From assembly GCA_964016885.1 (NCBI GenBank), contig OZ024741.1, positions 98,332,001-98,396,000 on the forward strand: DNA of 64,000 bases, given 5' to 3'. This stretch comes from Eledone cirrhosa (Eukaryota). The notes beneath the pieces are model-generated. The model made no database searches. It was given only the letters and a program-made list of their open reading frames with translations, and was not told the origin of the DNA. Below are positions 1 to 15,489 of this stretch, piece after piece (position 1 is the stretch's first letter; the number at the start of each line of letters is the position of its first letter). The position numbers and the translations under genes were made by a program.

Positions 1-428
1 TATTTTCTGGTGGTGGGAGAGGGTGGTGATTGAGATGGTTGGAGGTCATTGGTTAATGGGTTTCAAGAAAAGGGAATTCTTTAAAACTATATTTAGAGAA
101 ATAAAGGCAGAAAAAATCAAGCTCCCATTGAGAGGCACTCCTGATTTTTAAGGTTCATTTATTCCAAGCAAACAGTAACTATTCATTGGTAAGGTCTGCC
201 AAAATGATCAGGTGTCTACAATCACACACATAACCTCTAAATATAGTTTTTAAAGAATTCCCTTTCCTTGAAATCTATCAACCAATGACCTTCCCTCATT
301 CCAATAACCACCCTCTTCTACTACCAGAAAATGTATAAATACCACCATATTACTTGGACCGTCGGCTTTCTGATGATTTCTGCCGAATGAAACAGCTCTA
401 GTCCTGTAGAAGCCATTTCTATATTAAA

Positions 429-431
<3 letters not shown>
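1..431 (+). mobile_element. Fold-back PLE-type terminal element (truncated by window edge) ending at (TA)n
   Basis: 1-98 is an imperfect inverted repeat of 235-332; a hammerhead motif lies near the right end; a (TA)n tract follows at 432. Confidence 0.6.
364..414 (+). ncRNA. Type I hammerhead ribozyme
   Basis: ggcttt-CTGATGA-tttctgccgaat-GAAAC-ag..ct-GTA-gaagcc: stem I ggcttt/gaagcc, short stem II, stem III, GUA cleavage triplet. Confidence 0.75.
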
Positions 432-463
<32 letters not shown>

Positions 464-1023
464 CAGTAGTCTCCCGCTATATCGCGATTCACTTTTCGCT
501 GTCCCGCTACATCGCGAATTTTTCGTTAGAACATATCTATTTTCTAAACGCGGTACGTACGTCTGAATAAAAAGTGTTTAGAATTTAAACTTATTAAATA
601 AGTTTCGATGTGATTGGAGTGTATAGCTTAAGAAATGGGCATTTTAAGCCTTTAACTACAAAAAATTGTTTTTATTTTTCATTCCATTACTGTTTTACTG
701 ATTGTCTTTTTTCTCTAATCTACTACAAAACCTTCATAGATTGACGGGAGATGTACAGTATATTACCCAAGCGGCTAACGTGACTGGTAATGGTCGTTGT
801 TGGTAACTAGTGGTACGATCGATGGTGGTGGTTTATATACGATCGTTACAGGCTGTTTTTTGGTGTTTAAATACAGAAGTGTGTTTTAATGTTTTTATAT
901 GAACTTAAAGGCTTAAACTAGGAAAACAACGGTTGTCTTTAGGGTCTCCCTATATTGCGGATCATCATTTATCGAAGTTGGTTCTGGAGCTGGAATGTAT
1001 CCCCCCACGAGAAACGGGGGATT

Positions 1024-1027
<4 letters not shown>
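464..1027. mobile_element. Tc1/mariner/pogo-type MITE
   Basis: TA|CAGTAGTCTCCCG ... CGGGGGATTATTG|TA: imperfect TIRs starting CAGT/CAAT with TA flanks; no ORF. Confidence 0.65.
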
Positions 1028-1097
<70 letters not shown>

Positions 1098-1894
1098 AAG
1101 AGACACCCGCATGTATATCAATACATAATTATATGAGGTATTTATACATAATTTAGTGTTTTGTACGTGATCATGATGAGAGATTCTCCGTCGGTTATTA
1201 GGATGCACCTTCAGTTCTTCAATTAATTAACAGACCAATTCGTGAAATGACGTGTAAAAAAGTACTCATGTGTACGCGTAACGTACTTCTTTGGAAAGCC
1301 AGACTTTGGTACAATCCACCAAACCTGCAACCACTCTGATTCCACCTATTACATTTAGATCAGAAGAGTGATGCGAACTGATACTGTGCTAATACATTTT
1401 ACCCAAGAAGAAATACAGTTGGCTCCAACACTGTTACTCATAATTTGGAAGCTAACGTTTAACCAATCAGCTATCCTGTATAGAATGAGAGAAACAGAAT
1501 ATTAATCACATTTGTTAAATTGTTCACAGAGAGGCGTATAACCTGTAGTTATAACTATATTAAACTGGATTCACTAATATACGTCATGTTGCAAATAAAT
1601 ATTTATTATTTAATTACTTACAGGGCTGACAAATGCACATATTGCAAATTTGAATAGAAAGATGCATATGTAATATCTAATATATTTCTGTGTACAACGA
1701 GAACAACAATATATGTATATATATATGTATATATGTATATGTGTGTATGTGCACACACACACACACATATATATACATAAATATATATATTCATTTATTT
1801 ATATGTGTGTGTGTCTCTCTCTCTCTCTATCTCTCTCCCCTCTATCTCTCTCTCCCATCTCTCTATCTCTCTCTCCCTTTGTATATATATATAC

Positions 1895-1998
<104 letters not shown>

Positions 1999-2168
1999 GA
2001 TGTATACATATGCGTAGATGGATAAGCTTTGATTGCTCTCGAATAAAGCAATCGTTTATTTATTATATACATAATTAAATTCTTAATGAATAATTGCTTA
2101 GATCTATCTCAATATGAAAAACCTTTATTGAAGAAACAAGCGTAAACCCACTTCCATCTAACTCTCTT

Positions 2169-2229
<61 letters not shown>

Positions 2230-2275
2230 CTGTGTGTGAGGCTGCCTTACGTAAGCATGTAAATATATATATCAA

Positions 2276-2353
<78 letters not shown>

Positions 2354-2996
2354 ATATAAATCAATCTGTGTACAGGTTCATTTTCGGGATATGTGTACAG
2401 AACGCACTAGAAGAGTAAAAGGTGAGAATTAGTCAGAGTGTGAGAGTGAAAGAGCGAAGAGTAGGAGAGAAGAAGCGGGAGAGCGAGAGACGTTAAGTGC
2501 AATGGAAAGAGGGAATAGAAAATCTAGTTAACTTTTAATAGCAGTATGTTGTAAAACATCAGAAGCATATTTCAGTTGGAGCGAAGATTCCGTTAGGACC
2601 TCCCACTAGAAGAATCTCAGACATGTGTGTAAAATTGGGCAGCATGAGACATGTGAGATGGAATATGTTTGCCTTTGAAATAGAAGCACGCAGACGCCTT
2701 AACAGTCGCAAATGTCCCAGTACACCATATGGATGCATTTATGGAAATATATTTGTTGTGTCGGGGATGGTTATTTGAAGCCCGCAACAATGTTACAAAT
2801 TATGTGAGCGACGAATATATCTATGTCGCCCTCCTTAAATATATATATAAAAATATATATATTAGAAAGTTAGGTTTTTTTACAAAATGAAAAATAACCG
2901 AGGTGTCCTACACGACTGAAAGTATAAAGAAAGAAAAATGAAATCGAAAATGCAACTGGAGTCTTATTTTTTTTTAAATATATATATTTATTTGGT

Positions 2997-3036
2997 TCTT
3001 TTACCGGTTTCGCAGTTTTTCTGCTTTTCAAAAGTA
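2997..3036 (-). ncRNA. Minimal hammerhead-like motif with UUGAAAA (U3:A8) core
   Basis: Minus strand: tt-TTGAAAA-gcag aaaaa ctgc-GAAAC-cg-GTA-aa; palindromic ACCGGT stem III; stem I weak. Lies in a ~190-bp insert between (TA)n runs. Confidence 0.55.
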
Positions 3037-3223
3037 GAGTTGAGATGGAGGGTCTGTGGTTTATATATATATATATATAAAAATATATATATATATATAC
3101 AGATGTAGATATAGATATATAGATATGTATATATAGATATGTGTGTATGGGTGTAGGTTGGTGAGTATGTTTGTAAATATGTATATTGTAATCTGACATT
3201 ATGTTATAGAAATTCTTGATACA

Positions 3224-3290
<67 letters not shown>

Positions 3291-3313
3291 CATATATATA
3301 TATATATGTGTGG

Positions 3314-3344
<31 letters not shown>

Positions 3345-3985
3345 TGTGTGTCAGTGCATGCATGTGTCTATAGCATCTGCCAAAATATTTCCTCACACAC
3401 ATACACATAGGTTTATATATATATATATGTGTGTGTGTGTGTCTGTGTGTGTGTGTCTGTGTATAAATATATATATATATGTGTGTGTGTATGTTTGTGT
3501 GTTTGTGTGTGTGAATGCGTAACTCCTGCTGGAGTAGTTGGGCGCCATTGTGATAAACGGGACGTTTTGTTCTTATTAATCCTGGTAGAGCCCACCAGAT
3601 TGTTGGTCTGATCACAGTCGATTACTTGAAGGGAGATTGGGAGAGTTGTTAATTAAGAAATAGAAGGGCTCACCCGCAATACTGGACAGGTAATTTATAT
3701 ATCAACCTCAAATAATGCTATGAAATGTAGACCTCAGTACTCACAGTGCAGAAACGAATCGCGCAAAGTATTCTAACCTTTGTGCTAATGAATCCCTCCC
3801 CCAATTCTATCTATCTATCTATCTATCAATCTATCTATCTATCTATCTATCTATAGAGCATGAAATTAATAAACCTTTGTTTGTACTGCCTCTCTGTTTT
3901 GTTCCCGTTCCATTTTTCACTATATATATACATATATATATATATAAATGAAAATATAGAAATTAATGTGAGCAAGAAGCCAACA

Positions 3986-4072
<87 letters not shown>

Positions 4073-4073
<1 letters not shown>

Positions 4074-4340
4074 GATAGTGGGGTTAGGAACCCTCGGGGA
4101 AATGGAAAAAGATGAGTATTGACGTACATGGAAGTCGAACCCACATCTGCGGTTATCCATATATATATATATATTTGGGTGATGTGCTGGTATAATGGTA
4201 GCACAGTGATCTGGATAACCGCAGATGTGGGTTCGACTCCCATGTACGTCAATACTCATCTTTTTCCATTTCTCCGAGGGTTCTTAACCCCACTATCAGG
4301 CTAAATGATTTCTTTTATTTCTTTAGACAAATACGGCGAT
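4073..4340 (+). mobile_element. tRNA-derived short element with fold-back duplication, embedded in (TA)n
   Basis: 4073-4159 is the reverse complement of ~4212-4298; arms are separated by (TA)n plus the 5' half of the tRNA-like head. Confidence 0.65.
4181..4251 (+). pseudogene. tRNA-like cloverleaf (tRNA pseudogene / SINE head)
   Basis: Acceptor GATGTGC/GTACGTC, A box TGGTATAATGG, T arm GTGGG-TTCGACT-CCCAT; anticodon stem has a mismatch and loop CTGGATA is non-canonical. Confidence 0.65.
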
Positions 4341-4358
4341 AGCTTATATTTCTAATTT

Positions 4359-5194
<836 letters not shown>

Positions 5195-5195
5195 T

Positions 5196-5632
5196 ATTGA
5201 TTTAGAAACTCAAAATAGTCTCTTACAATAAAATAGCTCTAGGAAAGAGATTTTTCCGAGCCGTATATTATAATTGAATATAAAAGAAAAACGAACACAG
5301 ATATATACATATATGTGTTCAAATCGTAAGGGACCAGATTCGCTAAGGTGAAAAGAATACTAACTCTAGACAATAGGGCTTGCCAGACTCAATTTAAGAA
5401 TAAATCAAGAAAATAAATACAAACCTGAATTGTGGTAACTACCAATCACCCAGACAACGTTGGTAATGTTGTTTCGCAAAATTAATTGTGAAGAGGAATA
5501 CCAATTCTTGCTCATCTGTGGGTGAAGAATTAGTATCCTGGACACTTCTAAGTATATTAAAAAATTGAATAGTGTGCATATATATAATAACGCACATGGT
5601 ATCTGAACTTGACGTGTCTCACAAACTCACAA

Positions 5633-5636
<4 letters not shown>
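5196..5636 (-). mobile_element. Diverged family A copy, different start point, with CAGAUGA-core hammerhead at 5447-5524
   Basis: Homologous to 4936-5139 then 4501-4860; stem I caccca/tgggtg covaries with caccta/taggtg of the 4680 copy. Confidence 0.65.
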
Positions 5637-5665
<29 letters not shown>

Positions 5666-5670
<5 letters not shown>

Positions 5671-6835
5671 ATAAATGCTCTGAAATAGCGATATATATTT
5701 ATAATATAGACATAGAATATTCGAAAATATTCTGTATGTTTATAATAAACATTTTGAAGACCTAATCGCTATAGAATAGAATACGTCACGTATTACAATT
5801 AGATTCTCGATAAAAGCAAGGGAAGTAATCTACGCGTTTCATTCTTGTTAGAAATCTTCAGGACTACATATCCAGTGCTTTTATCGAGAATGACACAGCT
5901 AGAGACTTATAGAATACTTAGCTGTGTACAGGAACTGGTTTGAAAGAGCGGTTGCCGGTCCGGCAGAAATTAGAAATTGGAATAAATGCTCTGAAATAGC
6001 GATATATATGTGAATATAGACATAGAATATTCGAAAATATTCTGTATGTTTATAATAAACATTTTGAAGACCTAATCGCTATAGAATAGAATACGTCACG
6101 TATTACAATTAGATTCTCGATAAAAGCAAGGGAAGTAATCTACGCGTTTCATTCTTGTTAGAAATCTTCAGGACTACATATCCAGTGCTTTTATCGAGAA
6201 TGACACAGCTAGAGACTTATAGAATACTTAGCTGTGTACAGGAACTGGTTTGAAAGAGCGGTTGCCGGTCCGGCAGAAATTAGAAATTGGAATAAATGCT
6301 CTGAAATAGCGATATATATGTGAATATAGACATAGAATATTCGAAAATATTCTGTATGTTTATAATAAACAGTCCTGAAGATTTCTAACAAGAATGAAAC
6401 GCGTAGATTACTTCCCTTGCTTTTATCGAGAATCTAATTGTAATACGTGACGTATTCTATTCTATAGCGATTAGGTCTTCAAAATGTTTATTATAAACAT
6501 ACAGAATATTTTCGAATATTCTATGTCTATATTCACATATATATTGCTATTTCAGAGCATTTATTCCAATTTCTAATTTCTGCCGGACCGGCAACCGCTC
6601 TTTCAAACCAGTTCCTGTACACAGCTAAGTATTCTATAAGTCTCTAGCTGTGTCATTCTCGATAAAAGCACTGGATATGTAGTCCTGAAGATTTCTAACA
6701 AGAATGAAACGCGTAGATTACTTCCCTTGCTTTTATCGAGAATCTAATTGTAATACGTGACGTATTCTATTCTATAGCGATTAGGTCTTCAAAATGTTTA
6801 TTATAAACATACAGAATATTTTCGAATATTCTATG

Positions 6836-6845
<10 letters not shown>
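5666..6845. mobile_element. Retrozyme-like element, family B: 310-nt tandem units plus inverted tandem units
   Basis: ttggaataaatg at 5666/5977/6287 (period 310-311); 6372-6845 is the inverted multimer (period 310); near-identical copies; (TA)n flanks. Confidence 0.85.
6679..6721 (+). ncRNA. Minimal hammerhead ribozyme (also 5825-5867 -, 6135-6177 -, 6371-6411 +)
   Basis: gtagtc-CTGAAGA-tttctaacaagaat-GAAAC-gc-GTA-gattac; palindromic ACGCGT in place of stem III, as in dimer-cleaving PLE/retrozyme hammerheads. Confidence 0.8.
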
Positions 6846-6890
<45 letters not shown>

Positions 6891-7013
6891 GGAGGTGAGT
6901 TTTATTGTAGTACAATAAAGCAATGCAGATATCGGATAAGAAGCACTCTACAGTTTGTGGGACTGGAGTATGCATAATATAAGATCAAAAGATGGTTAAA
7001 GGAGTTCAATATA

Positions 7014-7080
7014 TTTTATTATGCGCATTTCAAAAACAAACATCATCAAACAATAATATTTGTGTTTTCATCAGATAAAA
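7014..7080 (-). ncRNA. pLTR hammerhead ribozyme (also 10875-10941 -, 12026-12092 +)
   Basis: ttttat-CTGATGA-aaac..gttttt-GAAA-tgcgca-TA-ataaaa; palindromic TGCGCA stem III, AUA triplet. Confidence 0.8.
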
Positions 7081-8265
7081 CAGGAGAACATGATATGAAG
7101 GCTAAAAAAACACTTGTTGATAGTGCAGTTTTAAATCAACATATGAAAAGTAGTTTTAGATTGATGTGTGATATTGGGAAAAATATTTTATTTAGAGAGG
7201 GGGGGGAGAGAAAAGGATGAAAAGGGAAGGAGATGAGAGGGAGAGATGGGTGATAGAGAGAAAGAGATAGTTTTTATAACTGAGAGGAGATATATTTTAT
7301 ATAGAGGGGTTGGAAGATACTGTATAAATTAAAAATTTTGAAAATTAACGAAGGGAGGATATGTGCGAGGAAAAAATATATTATATTTAGGGAGGGGGGG
7401 TGGAAAGGATGAAAAAAAGGGGAGGAGATGAGAGTGAAGGTGGAAAGGGAGAGATGGGTGATAGAGAGAAAGAGATAGTTTTTATAACTGAGAAAAAGAT
7501 ATAATGTTTTAATATAGAGAGGTTGGGAACCGTTGGAAGATAATGTATAAATTAAAGGAATTTGAAAATTAACGAAGGGAAATTATGTATGAAGATAGAG
7601 AGAAAAAATAATAATTGTGGGTGAATATTCTAACGTCAAAAGAAGAAATGTAGGAATTTTAAAATTAGCAAAGAGAAAAAGTTTATGTGTAGAAGGATTT
7701 GAGAAAAATAATGTGAAGTTAAAGTTTGTATATTGAATTCATATGTATTAATAATGAGTTCGTTGATGGGGAGAAAAAAATAATAATAAATTAAGGATGA
7801 AATTGAGATTAAAAAGATTTATGATAGAGAGAAAAAATAATAATGATTGCGGATGAATACTCAAAATGTCAAAAACAAATGTTATTGTTTTACGAGGAGA
7901 TAGAATGAGGGTAATGAGTAAACGAGTATTATAGAGTGTATAATGCCCTTTAAAGTAAGGTAGATGGGTATATTTTAAAGAATATATGAGTATATATTAA
8001 AAAAATATATAATAATAAATTAAGGATGAAATTGAGATTAAAAAGATTTATGATAGAGAGAAAAAATAATAATGATTGCGGATGAATATTCAAAATGTCA
8101 AAAATAAATGTTATTGTTTTACGAGAAGATAGAATGAGGGTAATGAGTAAACGAGTATTATAGAGTGTATAATGCCCTTTAAAGTAAGGTAGATGGGTAT
8201 ATTTTAAAGAGGTGTATGTATATGTGCCTTTGAGAAAAGATTCTAAATTGATAAAGAATTGAATA

Positions 8266-10668
8266 TTAACTGTATACTTTGTGAAAAGTTCTATGGAATT
8301 TATGCAGGCAGATTGAAAACAAATCTGAGCGTCTATTTATTATGGATTCTAGGTTAGAGATAATGGTAAATTTTTCATTTAGGCAGAGATTACAGATTTT
8401 AGATAGAGAGCTGTTCAAGTATGAGGATGCAGAAGAAATCTTTTTCCAAAAGATGTTATATTTAATGTTTTTGTCTTTTAAGGACCATATGAGTTCTGAG
8501 AGAGCAGTGTTAGTTCTTTTAAGTTTGTATTTGAAAGATGAATGATGATTATAGAGACGAGCTTTAAAAGAGGTGGAAGTGGAGCCAAAATAGGTGAAGG
8601 AATTGGTGCTAGTTATAATTTTACATTCATAAATTAAGTTTTTATCGAGGCAATGGTTGTTGAGAGGACATTTATTTTTAATGCGGCAGTTGCAATTAGA
8701 GAGATTATTAATGAGTGATCTAGTGTTATCTATAGAAGGAATTGGATTGGAGAAGTTGTTTGCAATAGGAATAATAGGAATAATAGTTTCTTGATTTAGA
8801 GTTGGATTATGAACATTTAGCGAAGTTGTGTTTGACGTTGCATTTGGGTTTACAGAAGTTAGCCTAGGGTTTACAATGACGTCAGGAGTACTATTACTGT
8901 TATTATGAAATTCAATATTGGAAGGAAGAGATTTAGTATTTAATATTTTGTTGTTGTGTTTAGAGATGATGTTGGAAATATTGGAGGATGTAGAATACGA
9001 AAATTTGATGGTGTGTTTGTTAAATATTTTACTATAGATATGTGAGGGAGGGAAGCATTTATTTAAGGCACTAAAAAATAATTTAGGAATATTGTTATTA
9101 ATAGAGATGGAGAAAGGAGCATTATACCAGATTATGTTTTTGTATCTAGGTCTTTTATTAAAATTATTGGAATGGTTATGATTAAATATTCTACTGTAAG
9201 TTTTCCTAGAATTTGTTTCTTTATTATATTTGATTTTATCTGGATAGCCGGCTTTAGAAAGTGCGTTATTATAGTAATTGGCGTTAGCATCAAAGATGTT
9301 TTTATTAGAAGATATGTTAGATATTCTATTTCCAATATTATTAACTATAGCATTCTTGATATTGGTAGGATGGTTAGATTTAAAGTTAACATAATTAAGA
9401 TTCTCATTGTTTTTATGGTAAGGGTAATATAGGCCAGTGTCAAGATTAAGAGATACATCCAAGAAATTAGCTAGTTTGGTACTATTATCAAATTCAATTT
9501 TTAGGTTATGTTGGTTAAAGAGATTACGTATATTGTTCTTAATAATATTAAGTTTAACTATATTGCAATTTAGGATAGTAAAGAGTCCATCGTCACGATA
9601 AATTCCACCGCGAAGTTGAGGAATTTTCCGACTCAAAGAGTTCAAAATGAAGATACCAATTAAATCAGTCAATTGGGATGAATCGGATGCTCCCATTGTG
9701 ATGTCGAAGTTGTTAGAGGTATCGGCTCTGGTCCAATATTCGTTGTTGAACTCTAGGATGGTTTTACGTGCGGTGAGGATGATGTGAAGTTCATCTGTGG
9801 TGATGTCAGAATATTTAAGTGCGAAAGATAGAGCATTATTGAGAAGTGAAGGCGAAATGGAGGAATAGTAGCTGGCAATATCGAATTGAATAAATTTTAG
9901 TTTGTTTTTATTATCCAATTTGTTGAACCAGCCAATCACTTCAGAAGTACCAAACCATAAATTTAGGTTTAAAGAAGAGCAATTAGAACTAACCTGTGGG
10001 ATAATCCTATCCAAGATGGCTTTACTAACAACCCCCAGATCAGATTTAGAGGGGGCGATTAATCTAACAGGTAGTTCAGTGCGAAAATTGTTTTTGTGAT
10101 CCTTGAGATTTATCCTCGGAGTTCTTGGGAGGAATGGTTCGGTCTTTTTTTCAATGCCAAGTTTTGACATAATCTCATAGGCTTCAAGGTTTATGCATTC
10201 TAAATTTTCATGGTTGGTTTTACGATACTTTTTCCTAAGTTCCTTTAGGATAAGGTTGTTATAATTATCCTTGGAAATACCATATAGGTTATTGGTTTTG
10301 TCAGAGTGGACTAAAACATTTTTTGAGGAATTTAGGTTAGAGATTGTGTTCTTGAGATTTACAAGGTGCTCTTGTCCTTTGTAAGGGTATCTCTTGAATT
10401 TAAGATTTTTTATAATTTTAGTTAATTCTTCCTCGAATTGTGCTAGATTTTTGTTGGAAGGAGGATTTCGTCTGGAATTAAAAAGATGATCGAGGAAGTT
10501 GTGTTCTTTGGTATGAAAGTTCCCTTTTAGGCGCTGGTCATAGAAATAGGCTGTCCATCTAAGTCTTCTTACGAAGGAGTCAGTTTTTTCAATAAGAAGT
10601 TTGGTGAATTCAGATTTACCAGGTATAGGAATGTCTTTAGTTGAATTGGTTATGTTGTAATAATCCAT
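8266..10668 (-). CDS. PLE reverse transcriptase + C-terminal GIY-YIG endonuclease (uninterrupted)
   Basis: FDIASYY, ITMGASDS, GIYRDDGL, FLDV, SNHP, WYNAP, CNCx5CPx4C linker, NLIY..YFGST..FKARLYNH, CNLC..E, CLH. Track start 10728 is TTG; ATGs at 10695 and 10668. Confidence 0.92.
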   Translation of the reverse strand: MDYYNITNSTKDIPIPGKSEFTKLLIEKTDSFVRRLRWTAYFYDQRLKGNFHTKEHNFLDHLFNSRRNPPSNKNLAQFEEELTKIIKNLKFKRYPYKGQEHLVNLKNTISNLNSSKNVLVHSDKTNNLYGISKDNYNNLILKELRKKYRKTNHENLECINLEAYEIMSKLGIEKKTEPFLPRTPRINLKDHKNNFRTELPVRLIAPSKSDLGVVSKAILDRIIPQVSSNCSSLNLNLWFGTSEVIGWFNKLDNKNKLKFIQFDIASYYSSISPSLLNNALSFALKYSDITTDELHIILTARKTILEFNNEYWTRADTSNNFDITMGASDSSQLTDLIGIFILNSLSRKIPQLRGGIYRDDGLFTILNCNIVKLNIIKNNIRNLFNQHNLKIEFDNSTKLANFLDVSLNLDTGLYYPYHKNNENLNYVNFKSNHPTNIKNAIVNNIGNRISNISSNKNIFDANANYYNNALSKAGYPDKIKYNKETNSRKTYSRIFNHNHSNNFNKRPRYKNIIWYNAPFSISINNNIPKLFFSALNKCFPPSHIYSKIFNKHTIKFSYSTSSNISNIISKHNNKILNTKSLPSNIEFHNNSNSTPDVIVNPRLTSVNPNATSNTTSLNVHNPTLNQETIIPIIPIANNFSNPIPSIDNTRSLINNLSNCNCRIKNKCPLNNHCLDKNLIYECKIITSTNSFTYFGSTSTSFKARLYNHHSSFKYKLKRTNTALSELIWSLKDKNIKYNIFWKKISSASSYLNSSLSKICNLCLNEKFTIISNLESIINRRSDLFSICLHKFHRTFHKVYS

Positions 10669-12151
10669 GTTGTAGAAGAAGAGGTGAAGGACCATCAAAA
10701 GGTATCCAATATGAGAGTAAGCGCTCAACCGTTAAGGAGCAAGTTAATGTAGGAGGTGAGTTTTATTGTAGTACAATAAAGCAATGCAGATATCGGATAA
10801 GAAGCACTCTACAGTTTGTGGGACTGGAGTATGCATAATATAAGATCAAAAGATGGTTAAAGGAGTTCAATATATTTTATTATGCGCATTTCAAAAAGAA
10901 ACATCATCAAACAATAATATTTGTGTTTTCATCAGATAAAACAGGAGAACATGATATGAAGGCTAAAAAAACACTTGTTGATAGTGCAGTTTTAAATCAA
11001 CATATGAAAAGTGGTTTTAGATTGATGTGTGATATATAAATCTTTTTAATCTCAATTTCATCCTTAATTTATTATTATATATTTTTTTAATATATACTCA
11101 TATATTCTTTAAAATATACCCATCTACCTTACTTTAAAGGGCATTATACACTCTATAATACTCGTTTACTCATTACCCTCATTCTATCTCCTCGTAAAAC
11201 AATAACATTTGTTTTTGACATTTTGAGTATTCATCCGCAATCATTATTATTTTTTCTCTCTATCATAAATCTTTTTAATCTCAATTTCATCCTTAATTTA
11301 TTATTATTTTTTTTCTCCCCATCAACGAACTCATTATTAATACATATGAATTCAATATACAAACTTTAACTTCACATTATTTTTCTCAAATCCTTCTACA
11401 CATAAACTTTTTCTCTTTGCTAATTTTAAAATTCCTACATTTCTTCTTTTGACGTTAGAATATTCACCCACAATTATTATTTTTTCTCTCTATCTTCATA
11501 CATAATTTCCCTTCGTTAATTTTCAAATTCCTTTAATTTATACATTATCTTCCAACGGTTCCCAACCTCTCTATATTAAAACATTATATATTTTTCTCAG
11601 TTATAAAAACTATCTCTTTCTCTCTATCACCCATCTCTCCCTTTCCACCTTCACTCTCATCTCCTCCCCTTTTTTTCATCCTTTCCAACACCCCCCCCCC
11701 CTCCCTAAATATAATATATTTTTTCCTCGCACATATCCTCCCTTCGTTAATTTTCAAAATTTTTAATTTATACAGTATCTTCCAACGGTTTTCAACCCCT
11801 CTATATAAAATATATCTCCTCTCAGTTATAAAAACTATCTCTTTCTCTCTATCACCCATCTCTCCCTCTCATCTCCTTCCCTTTTCATCCTTTTCTCTCC
11901 CCCCCCCTCTCTAAATAAAATATTTTTCCCAATATCACACATCAATCTAAAACCACTTTTCATATGTTGATTTAAAACTGCACTATCAACAAGTGTTTTT
12001 TTAGCCTTCATATCATGTTCTCCTGTTTTATCTGATGAAAACACAAATATTATTGTTTGATCATGTTTGTTTTTGAAATGCGCATAATAAAATATATTGA
12101 ACTCCTTTAACCATCTTTTGATCTTATATTATATATATATATATATATATA

Positions 12152-13059
12152 CAATTGAATATATGATAGGGATAAACACTGATACAAGTATACATGTGTT
12201 TGCATTGCAAATGACCAAGTTAGTTAGATTGAAAAATACTAATGAAAATAATACGGTTTGCCTGTCTTGATTTAAAATAATAAATCAATAAAAACAAATC
12301 TATATTGGCAATAGCCGTGATACCTGGACAAATTTTAAATTTAAAATTTTGAATTTGTTTCGCAACATTCCTGTGCTCTTCTGCGGGTATCCAATTAGTA
12401 TTTTTCAATCTAGCTAACTTGGTCATTTGCAATGCAAACTCATGTATACTTGTATCAGTGTTTATCCCTATCATATATTCATTTGTATTACACGGCTCAG
12501 AAACATTCCTTTCTTTGAGCTATTTAATTGTAAAAGACTATTTGAGTTTATAACTCTATATATAATATTCTCGGCTCCATGCGTTGAGCTAATTTTTAGT
12601 CCCATAAAACCGGCTGCTATTTTTAGCGACACGAGTATAGGACGTGCTAGACGCTGAGACACATGTGCGTTCAACAGCACATTTCTCTCAGTCTTCTTAA
12701 GTATTTTGAAGTGAAACTTACCAATTTCTGAATACCTGAGGAAGAGCACAGGAATAGGAAATTTCACTTAATTGTTGCGAAACAAATTTAAAATTTAAAA
12801 TTTAAAATTTGTCCAGGTATCACGGCTATTGCCAATATAGGTTTTTTTATTGATTTATTATTTTAAATCGAGACAGGCAAACCGTATTATTTTAATTAGT
12901 ATTTTTCAATCTAGCTAACTTGGTCATTTGCAATGCAAACACATGTATACTTGTATCAGTGTTTATCCCTATCATATATTCATTTGTATTACACGGCTCA
13001 GAAATATTCCTTTCTTTGAGCTATTTAATTGTAAAAGACTATTTGAGTTTATAACTCTA
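12152..13059. mobile_element. Family A relative: partial unit plus inverted ~1.3 x 501-nt unit, variant hammerheads at 12319-12391 (-) and 12732-12820 (+)
   Basis: aattagtatttttcaatc at 12393 and 12894; 12152-12367 is inverted relative to the right part; shares sequence with 4501-5139; cores CAGAAGA / AGGAAGA. Confidence 0.7.
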
Positions 13060-13070
13060 TATATATATAT

Positions 13071-15217
<2,147 letters not shown>

Positions 15218-15489
15218 TCTCTCTCCTACTCTCTCTCTCTCTCTCTTTGATTCTCTCTCAATATATTAGTGTAGATGAAGTGATATTACCTATTAAGCAT
15301 TTTCCATTTGTTGTGGGTGTGTGTGGGGGGGGGGGGGTATTGCGTCGTCTACAGGTCAAAGAGTGATAACCTATAAAATACTTTCATTTAAAAAGAATTA
15401 CATAGTACATCAATTTAAATTAAATTCAACTAAATAAACGCAACTCAAGAAATCGTTCGAAAGTTTCAATAAGATTTTTTTGCTTTTAA

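Larger units (their letters stand above)
6888..12131 (-). mobile_element. Full-length Penelope-like element (Hydra-clade-like) with direct pLTRs and inverted 3' segment
   Basis: pLTR 6888-7173 is nearly identical to 10749-11034; 11035-12131 is an inverted copy of ~6975-8050; RT-GIY-YIG ORF; both ends in (TA)n. Confidence 0.92.

Noticed and set aside
4181-4251. Functional tRNA-Ser(GGA)
   Set aside because: Anticodon and D stem mismatches, pyrimidine at position 37, no long variable arm.
5666-6845. CRISPR-like or plain satellite interpretation of the 310-bp repeats
   Set aside because: No unique spacers or cas genes; eukaryotic context; the units carry hammerheads.
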